46,246 nucleotides of DNA from Octopus bimaculoides (taxonomy: Eukaryota). Of the stretch, positions 37,804 through 46,246 are shown one piece after another; position 1 is the stretch's first letter; each line of letters opens with the position of its first letter. The position numbers and the translations under genes are program-made. The stretch is from positions 53,290,552-53,336,797 of the forward strand of contig NC_068997.1 of NCBI RefSeq assembly GCF_001194135.2. The letters run 5' to 3'. The notes beneath the pieces are model-generated. The model worked only from the letters and a program-made list of their open reading frames with translations. It had not been told where the DNA came from and did no database searches.

Positions 37804-38033
37804 ATATATATATATATGCATATATGTATGAATGTAAATATATATATATGAGAGAGAGAAAGCGGGAGAGAAAGAGGAATAAAAGCATGTGTTAAGGTAA
37901 GAGACAGACAGGGAGAGGGAAAAAGTGAAAAGAGAGAGAAGGGGAGGAAAGAGAAAAAAGGAGAAAGGAGAAAGGGGGGAGAAAAAGAGAGAGAGAGAGA
38001 ATGGAGTGGATATCACTGTAACAGTAATATGAA

Positions 38034-38126
38034 GAGGAAGAAGAAGAAGAAGAAGAAGAAGAAGAAGAAGAAGAAGAAGAAGAAGAAGAAGAAGAAGAAG
38101 AAGAAGAAGAAGAAGAAGAAGAAGAA
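38034..38126. repeat. (GAA)n of about 30 units
   Basis: Direct inspection. Confidence 0.95.
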
Positions 38127-38501
38127 ATGTTAACGAAAACATCAGCTTTAACAAACGAAAACTAAACAACATTAACAACGAAAAACGATTAACAAGTAAA
38201 AAAAAAACAATATACATAAAAATAAATTAAAAGACACGTTCGAGGGGAAAAAAATAATAAGAAACAACATAAAGAAAATCTATGGCTGCTAAGAAAGAAT
38301 CTATTTCATTAGATGCTGCAGTTGATTCTTTGGTGTAATTGTGCATGTTTCTGTGGTATTACAACAAGTAACACAACTCTGCATGGTGCAGGTGCAATAG
38401 TTTATGTGCAACACGCACTGAAGTGCTTGAAATTGAGTGCAAGGAAGTTTAAATTTATATATGTGTATGTTTGCTTATGTTAAGGGTTATATATATATAT
38501 A

Positions 38502-38721
38502 TGTTGTGATGAGAATCAAGACAGTCCCTTGCGAGAAGTATACTGGACCGAGCGATTACAAATATTAGCAGTCGGAGTGGAAGTTTCTTAGTTCGAGTTG
38601 GGTTCGCCGCAGTGAAGTCGTAAATTGTCGGTTGGATAGTTTGTTTGGAATGTTGATTGTTGAATCGTTACGATGTTATTACGACGGCATCGTTATCTTG
38701 TTTACTGTTACCACACTGGTA
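38502..38721 (+). repeat. Duplicate of the LTR at 39474, truncated by a gap
   Basis: Appears identical to 39474-39693 and starts TGTTGTGATG. Confidence 0.85.
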
Positions 38722-39429
38722 NNNNNNNNNNNNNNNNNNNNNNNNNNNNNNNNNNNNNNNNNNNNNNNNNNNNNNNNNNNNNNNNNNNNNNNNNNNNNNN
38801 NNNNNNNNNNNNNNNNNNNNNNNNNNNNNNNNNNNNNNNNNNNNNNNNNNNNNNNNNNNNNNNNNNNNNNNNNNNNNNNNNNNNNNNNNNNNNNNNNNNN
38901 NNNNNNNNNNNNNNNNNNNNNNNNNNNNNNNNNNNNNNNNNNNNNNNNNNNNNNNNNNNNNNNNNNNNNNNNNNNNNNNNNNNNNNNNNNNNNNNNNNNN
39001 NNNNNNNNNNNNNNNNNNNNNNNNNNNNNNNNNNNNNNNNNNNNNNNNNNNNNNNNNNNNNNNNNNNNNNNNNNNNNNNNNNNNNNNNNNNNNNNNNNNN
39101 NNNNNNNNNNNNNNNNNNNNNNNNNNNNNNNNNNNNNNNNNNNNNNNNNNNNNNNNNNNNNNNNNNNNNNNNNNNNNNNNNNNNNNNNNNNNNNNNNNNN
39201 NNNNNNNNNNNNNNNNNNNNNNNNNNNNNNNNNNNNNNNNNNNNNNNNNNNNNNNNNNNNNNNNNNNNNNNNNNNNNNNNNNNNNNNNNNNNNNNNNNNN
39301 NNNNNNNNNNNNNNNNNNNNNNNNNNNNNNNNNNNNNNNNNNNNNNNNNNNNNNNNNNNNNNNNNNNNNNNNNNNNNNNNNNNNNNNNNNATATATATAC
39401 ATGCATTATATATACATGTATTATATATT

Positions 39430-39473
<44 letters not shown>

Positions 39474-39479
<6 letters not shown>

Positions 39480-40303
39480 GATGAGAATCAAGACAGTCCC
39501 TTGCGAGAAGTATACTGGACCGAGCGATTACAAATATTAGCAGTCGGAGTGGAAGTTTCTTAGTTCGAGTTGGGTTCGCCGCAGTGAAGTCGTAAATTGT
39601 CGGTTGGATAGTTTGTTTGGAATGTTGATTGTTGAATCGTTACGATGTTATTACGACGGCATCGTTATCTTGTTTACTGTTACCACACTGGTACAGTGTA
39701 TCTAAACCATCCATCACAATATCGTGGCGGTACGACGACATTACAGACGGAGGATGCAACACCTGGAGACGAGTCATTTAACAATTTGTTCGACGTACAA
39801 TTTGTTGAATGATGGAAGACATATTAGATTCTCTAATACAGTTGCAAAAGCAACAACGGGAACAGCAACAGGAGTTGCAGAAGGAACTAGTACAGCAACA
39901 ACTCTAACTACAACAGTTATTAGAGCTATATGCAAAGAAGTCAGAAAATGCGGTAAGTTCGTTTTCACCAGACGGCGTATCGAACTCCATAACAGAATTC
40001 AATTATAATCCAAAGAAGGGAATAACTTTTGCAGTGTACTACAAGAGATACAAGGAGATTTATAAGAAGGATTGCAAAACATGGCCAAACGAAGAAAAAG
40101 TAAGGTTATTATTACGTAAATTAGCTCCGTCTGAGCGTGAACTCTACTGTAATTTCCTCTTACCCACAAACTCTTGTGAAACTTGTTTTCTGGAAACAAT
40201 CAAAGTATTGTGTTACATGTTCGGTGATAAAACTTCTCTATTTAACACTCGAATGGTGTGTTGGAATTTAACTAAAAAAAGAGGATGATGACTTCATTAC
40301 TTA
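39474..40303 (+). mobile_element. Ty3/gypsy LTR retrotransposon 5' end: LTR (39474-39721), PBS-like TGGCGG (39725), decayed gag (39809-40303)
   Basis: The LTR is bounded by TGTTGTGATG and CATCACAATA, an inverted repeat with one mismatch. The gag reads MMEDILDSLIQLQKQQ..*..SITEFNYNPKKGITFAVYYKRYKEIYKKDCKTWPNEEKVRLLLRKL...MFGDKTSLFNTR, typical of invertebrate Ty3/gypsy gag. It has an internal stop at 39905 and a frameshift near 40280, and ends at a SINE. Confidence 0.88.
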
Positions 40304-40304
40304 A

Positions 40305-40501
40305 GCAGACCAGAAATTTTGGTGAAGGCTGTCAGTCCATTACATCGACCCCGGCGCTGGATGGGTACTTAGGGTTTTGGTATAAAAAGTGATGAAAGGC
40401 AAAGTCGACTTCGGTGGAATTTGATCTCAGAACATAAGAATGGAGTAAACATTACTAAACTTTCTGTCCGGTATGCTAACGATTCTGCCAGCTCGCCGCC
40501 T
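40305..40501 (-). mobile_element. SINE family B, near full-length
   Basis: Reverse complement AGGCGGCGAGCTGGCAGAATCGTTAGCATACCGG...GTTCTGAGATCAAATTCCACCGAAGTCGACTTTGCCTTTCATC...GGGGTCGATGTAATGG. Confidence 0.85.
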
Positions 40502-40637
40502 GTAAGTTGCCCTTATAAAAATGAATATATCTCTCAAAAATATCTCTCAAGATTAGAGCTTTATGTTTATTATCATCAATCGCCACTGCAGCCGCCGCCG
40601 CCACCACCACCACCACCACCATTGCTGCTGTTAATAT

Positions 40638-40678
<41 letters not shown>

Positions 40679-40940
40679 ACATCACCATTGAAACCACCAT
40701 TACCACCACCATCAGCAGCAGCACTGCATTTACCAACGTCATTATCGCATTGTTGCTACAGTTACATTAGCTGCTGAAAAGGAAAGAAAAGAAGNNNNNN
40801 NNNNNNNNNNNNNNNNNNNNNNNNNNNNNNNNNNNNNNNNNNNNNNNNNNNNNNNNNNNNNNNNNNNNNNNNNNNNNNNNNNNNNNNNNNNNNNNNNNNN
40901 NNNNNNNNNNNNNNNNNNNNNNNNNNNNNNNNNNNNNNNN

Positions 40941-40994
<54 letters not shown>

Positions 40995-41552
40995 GCGGAA
41001 CAGAAGCCATTGCTTTCTACTCTGTGGTGTCAATTGATGAGAACAAATGTCCCGCATGTCGTAGGCTTACAGATTCCATCTTTACCTCTCAATAAAATAA
41101 ATGTGCAAACACATCACTTTAGCAAAGTGTCGTTAAACGTGACTACTTTAAATGGAACATTATGTATCTGTGGTTTGAAACCGAACACCCGTTGTTGCTT
41201 GCCGGGCTATGTTGATCTACTTCACCTATTGATCATCCTTCAATGGCACTTTTTGACTTTGTTGCGTGTAGTGGCAGTGCTGGTGGAGGGGGTGACGATG
41301 CTGTTTGTGTGCGTTTGAGTATCGTAAAATGGCCGCCATTGTGGTAATATGGATGAAGGATTTAATACGACCTGTTTCGTTATTTCACACTTTTGACTTA
41401 GGAAAATGCAAGGGTCGAGAAGAAAGGCCGGTAACCTCGACATGCATACACACACGCACACGTACACACCGATGCACACAAAGGTTAAAACAACCCCCCC
41501 CCCATTATATATATATATNNNNNNNNNNAGGTTAAAACAACCCCCCCCCCAT

Positions 41553-41587
<35 letters not shown>

Positions 41588-41659
41588 ATGTGTGTGTGTT
41601 TGTGCGCGGGTGTGTGCGTATGTGTGTCTGTATGTGTGTGTCTTTGCGTCTGCTTGTTC

Positions 41660-41822
41660 TCCATGACCGTTTGACAACCGGTGTTGGTATGTTTACGTCC
41701 CTGTAGTCTGGTGTTTTGGCAAAAAAGACGCTAGAGTATATACCAGGCTTCAGAACAAGAATTAAGTCCTAGGGTTGATTCATTCGACTAAAGGTTCTTC
41801 AGGGTGGTGCCCCAGCATGGTC
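41660..41822 (+). mobile_element. SINE family A 3' half
   Basis: GTTTGACAACCGGTGTTGGTATGTTTACGTCCCTGTA...TAAGTCCTAGGGTTGATTCATTCGACTAAAGG...GTGCCCCAGCATGG. Confidence 0.8.
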
Positions 41823-41924
41823 ACACACATACATGCTCACACACATAACCCCCCCCACCACCACCACCACCACGATATAAGCCCCTACGCATTGCATAAG
41901 CTATGCACACACTCTCTATATAGA

Positions 41925-42054
41925 CCGCTCGAAAGCTGGCAGAAACGTTAGCACGCCGGGCGAAATGCTTAGCGGTATTTCGTCTGCCGTTACGGGGGCG
42001 ATTAAATAAGTACTAGCTACTCCCTGGGGTCGATGTAATCAACTTAATCCCTTT
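41925..42054 (+). mobile_element. SINE family B with an internal deletion
   Basis: AGCTGGCAGAAACGTTAGCACGCCGGGCGAAATGCTTAGCGGTATTTCGTCTGCCGTTACG joins directly to GGGGCGATTAAATAAGTAC; the B-box region is missing. Confidence 0.8.
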
Positions 42055-42731
42055 NNNNNNNNNNNNNNNNNNNNNNNNNNNNNNNNNNNNNNNNNNNNNN
42101 NNNNNNNNNNNNNNNNNNNNNNNNNNNNNNNNNNNNNNNNNNNNNNNNNNNNNNNNNNNNNNNNNNNNNNNNNNNNNNNNNNNNNNNNNNNNNNNNNNNN
42201 NNNNNNNNNNNNNNNNNNNNNNNNNNNNNNNNNNNNNNNNNNNNNNNNNNNNNNNNNNNNNNNNNNNNNNNNNNNNNNNNNNNNNNNNNNNNNNNNNNNN
42301 NNNNNNNNNNNNNNNNNNNNNNNNNNNNNNNNNNNNNNNNNNNNNNNNNNNNNNNNNNNNNNNNNNNNNNNNNNNNNNNNNNNNNNNNNNNNNNNNNNNN
42401 NNNNNNNNNNNNNNNNNNNNNNNNNNNNNNNNNNNNNNNNNNNNNNNNNNNNNNNNNNNNNNNNNNNNNNNNNNNNNNNNNNNNNNNNNNNNNNNNNNNN
42501 NNNNNNNNNNNNNNNNNNNNNNNNNNNNNNNNNNNNNNNNNNNNNNNNNNNNNNNNNNNNNNNNNNNNNNNNNNNNNNNNNNNNNNNNNNNNNNNNNNNN
42601 NNNNNNNNNNNNNNNNNNNNNNNNNNNNNNNNNNNNNNNNNNNNNNNNNNNNNNNNNNNNNNNNNNNNNNNNNNNNNNNNNNNNNNNNNNNNNNNNNNNN
42701 NNNNNNNNNNNNNNNNNNNNNNNNNNNNNNN

Positions 42732-42780
<49 letters not shown>

Positions 42781-43055
42781 AATTTCCTTACTCACACTTA
42801 CCACCCTTAAACAAACCTTCATTATTTCTCCTTCTCTGTCTTATCTATACACTCCTTCACCCTCTCAGTCTCACTTTCACTGTCACATGCTTTCTCTCCT
42901 CCCACCATCCGCCTCCGCCAGCATCTCTGTGACAGCCATCTTGCTTGCTTTCGTCGTTTTTATCTTATTTTCGGTTTCACTTTCGGGTTTTTTCGCCCAT
43001 CAGCCAGTGTAGCCAGTAGCTTCTAGTCTATATCTTCTGTTGTTCGTCTCGGCAG

Positions 43056-43086
43056 GAATTCTCGCCTGTCACACGAAACAACCAGC
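43056..43086 (+). CDS. Candidate 31-nt micro-exon, frame unknown
   Basis: Acceptor CTTCTGTTGTTCGTCTCGGCAG, donor AGC/GTGAGT, all three frames open. Confidence 0.3.
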
Positions 43087-43352
43087 GTGAGTAAAGATAG
43101 AATTTGACAGTGAGAAACATCAAGACAGATAGAGATGGTGGTGGTAGGGGAAGAAAGAAAGAAAGAAAAAAAGAAAAAGAAAGAAAACGAACGAACGAAG
43201 GAAAAGAGCAAAAAAGAACTAAATGGATGCGTTGCGGGGTTAGAGTAAAAGCTGATAGAAAGTAAAGACAAGGAAGGCGGGAGGGGGCGATAAAGAAGAG
43301 AAAGGAAAGAGGAAATGAAAGCGTGGGGTGGGGAAAAGAGAGGCGAAGGTAC

Positions 43353-43486
43353 AGGAGTGCTTTCAATTTAGCTTCATTAGACATCCACTCTAGTTGAGCA
43401 TTTATGATCGCCGCGTCCACTGCTAGGTTGAAGCCACGCCATTGACACGGCACGGCACCGCCGAAGACAATTGCATGGAACGGATC
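43353..43486 (-). CDS. Candidate exon DPFHAIVFGGAVPCQWRGFNLAVDAAIINAQLEWMSNEAKLKAL
   Basis: GC-rich unique island, acceptor TAATATTAGTTTAG, 44 open codons of globular-protein-like composition, weak donor GTACCT. Confidence 0.4.
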
Positions 43487-43610
43487 CTAAACTAATATTA
43501 TTCATGTTACTTTATTTTATGTTGTTTTATTTTCGTTTTTCTAGTTTCAGTTTTTGCTTTTATATAATGTGGCCGTGGTTTTTGTTGTTATTTTATTGTT
43601 GTTGTTGTTG

Positions 43611-43663
<53 letters not shown>

Positions 43664-44079
43664 GCTCTTATTATTGTTCTTATTATTATGTTTCTTTTTC
43701 TTTTTCTTTCTAAGCTGCAGGGAGTGCGGAAAGACATAGGAATCNNNNNNNNNNNNNNNNNNNNNNNNNNNNNNNNNNNNNNNNNNNNNNNNNNNNNNNN
43801 NNNNNNNNNNNNNNNNNNNNNNNNNNNNNNNNNNNNNNNNNNNNNNNNNNNNNNNNNNNNNNNNNNNNNNNNNNNNNNNNNNNNNNNNNNNNNNNNNNNN
43901 NNNNNNNNNNNNNNNNNNNNNNNNNNNNNNNNNNNNNNNNNNNNNNNNNNNNNNNNNNNNNNNNNNNNNNNNNNNNNNNNNNNNNNNNNNNNNNNNNNNN
44001 NNNNNNNNNNNNNNNNNNNNNNNNNNNNNNNNNNNNNNNNNNNNNNNNNNNNNNNNNNNNNNNNNNNNNNNNNNNNNNN

Positions 44080-44156
<77 letters not shown>

Positions 44157-44668
44157 CAGATAGATAGATAGATAATGAAAAGAAGAAATTGCATATAGAG
44201 GGAGAATGAGAAGAAATAAAATAACCCTGAGAGAGTGGAATAAGTGATAGACTGATAGAGAGGGGTAGAGAAAGAGAAGGCGAGAGAGTGGTAGGAAGGG
44301 AAGTGATGAGTAAAAGAACAAAATAACAATAAATATATATATATATTAAAAAAAAATAAGGAGAAAGAAATGGAGAATGATGGACGCTGAGCAAGCATGC
44401 TGTGCAATTGGTTTTAAATTTGATGTTTATTTTAGAGTAAATCCTGTCCCGCGTTCAATAATATTTTCAATTGTTTCTGCGTTTTCTGTTCACCATTTTG
44501 TTAGTATCCTGCCAGCGTTAAGATAGCCTCAAGTCCTTGTCGAGATCAGCGGAGGACTACTTCCGGTAAACGACACAGCACAATTAATTGCCTCAAAACG
44601 CAAAGGAGACATATTGGCGTTTTAGATCATTATTATTATTATTATTATTATCATCGTCATCATCATCA

Positions 44669-44735
<67 letters not shown>

Positions 44736-44949
44736 TGTTGTTGTTGTTATGTGTCTATTTTTATTTCTACTTCTTTATGCGAATATTTTATTATATTTTC
44801 TATTTATTTATATATTTTATTTAATTTTGAAAGGCTATTATTTCAATTTATATTTATTTATTTCTTATTAATATTACCATTTTCTTTTAGGTACGTATAT
44901 ATTTTATTCTCGTAATGTTCGTCAAGTTTTAAAACTCAACAACACAAGA

Positions 44950-46193
44950 AAAATCTCTTTTTTTTTCCTCTTCTTCACATTTTTCTTCGGTTTCTTATTT
45001 TCTTCCTCTTATTCCTCCTCCACCTTCACCATCTCTTCCCCTTCCGCCTTCTTCCGATTCTTGTCTTAGTCTTCTTTCACTTTGTCATTCATTCACTCAT
45101 TCATTCAATCATTCATTTACTTATTCACTCATTCTTCCCATTTTCATCGTTTCATCCTTCGAATTCTTCTCTTTATTCCACTTCACACTCCATCTTCTGT
45201 CTTCATATCTTCTGCATTTTTCTTTTCCCTCCTACTGCTCCGTCTCTCCTCTCCTTCTCCTTCATTTTCCACTCTATTCTCCTTCCTCTCCATCATCTAC
45301 ATTCAATTCTACTTTTTCTACGATATTTTTTCCTTACCATTTATAGACAACCGATAAAGCAGACGACACCTTTTTATAACGATGTTTTCACTTTCTTCCC
45401 TGTCAACCACCCTCTCTTTCTTTTTTCTCTTTCTCCCTCTCTTTCTTTTTTCTCTTCCTCCCTCTCTTTCTTTTTTCTCTTTCTCCCTCTCTTTCTCTCT
45501 TTACTTCATTCTTCTTCTTTTTAGCTCATCCCTTATCTTTCATATTATTTTTATTCTTCCTCCCTCCATCGTTTCCGTCTTATATTTTCTTAAATTCTTT
45601 CTTTCTTTTAACCAAAATCATCCTATATTTTCCCCTTCATTTTTCTAATATTTTTTGGTCATATTTTCTTAACCAATGCCATATTTTTAAAAACTATTGT
45701 CCTCTTTTATATATATTTATTCCTCTTTTATACACATTTATATCCTCCTTAACCATTCTATAACAGTCTTCGACCCTTCTTATCATTTCAGACTCCTTTC
45801 TCTCCTCCCTCAAACCATTCCATGCTTCATACAACACTACCTTTCATTCCCATTTCCCACAAATTCTGATTCTTCTTCAAACCATTTTTATGCATCGCCA
45901 TCCCTCTTTCTCCCTATCTTTGTCTCTCATCCTCCCTCACTGAACATATCAACCGGCCACTCATACACTTTGTCGGTTTCTTTAAGACTTCCCATTTTTT
46001 TCTTCTTCTCTATTCTTTTGTTATTATTACCGAGCTTTATTATATATTTTCTTTTTCCTGCTTGATTCTTTATCTTTTCGTTTCCTTTCAGCTAATTTTC
46101 TCTCTTTCTTCGGATCATCTTCACATTTTTACAATTTTTTTTCCACGCTACAATTTTTCTAACTCTGCGTTACTCTTTGACACACACCATACA

Positions 46194-46246
<53 letters not shown>
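44950..46246. repeat. Pyrimidine-rich low-complexity tract ending in (CT)n
   Basis: Direct inspection. Confidence 0.85.

Noticed and set aside
41479-41562. Direct repeat AGGTTAAAACAACCCCCCCCCATTATATAT on both sides of a 10-N gap
   Set aside because: Typical contig-overlap artefact.
44495-44616. Plus-strand protein-like frames (PQVLVEISGGLLPVNDTAQLIASKRKGDILAF*)
   Set aside because: Several competing acceptors and frames, none clearly better than chance.

Overview
Eukaryotic, extremely repeat-rich draft-assembly sequence with many N gaps, most flanked by (TA)n, (GA)n or (CA)n. The two tRNA-derived SINE families and the microsatellite load point to an octopus genome (coleoid cephalopod); this is inferred from recognising the repeats, not from a search. 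Almost every ORF in the supplied track is an artefact of microsatellites or N runs. The best-supported features are transposon remnants: about 15 SINE copies or fragments, two restriction-like-endonuclease (RLE) non-LTR retrotransposon 3' fragments, an RTE-like LINE 3' end, a decayed Tc1/mariner transposase, a hAT MITE with a perfect 8-bp target-site duplication, a Ty3/gypsy 5' LTR plus PBS and gag, and a two-copy repeat that may be Penelope-like. Islands of unique sequence hold several short candidate exons on both strands with good splice signals. I could not assign any of them to a known gene family, so they are hypotheses. The most interesting leads are a possible minus-strand multi-exon gene of unknown family, a plus-strand spliced Cys-rich frame interrupted by a single UAG (possible A-to-I stop recoding), a hammerhead-ribozyme-like core near 15.9 kb, and a long inverted repeat at 30.7/34.0 kb. 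No prokaryotic features, CRISPR array, rRNA or genuine tRNA gene were seen.
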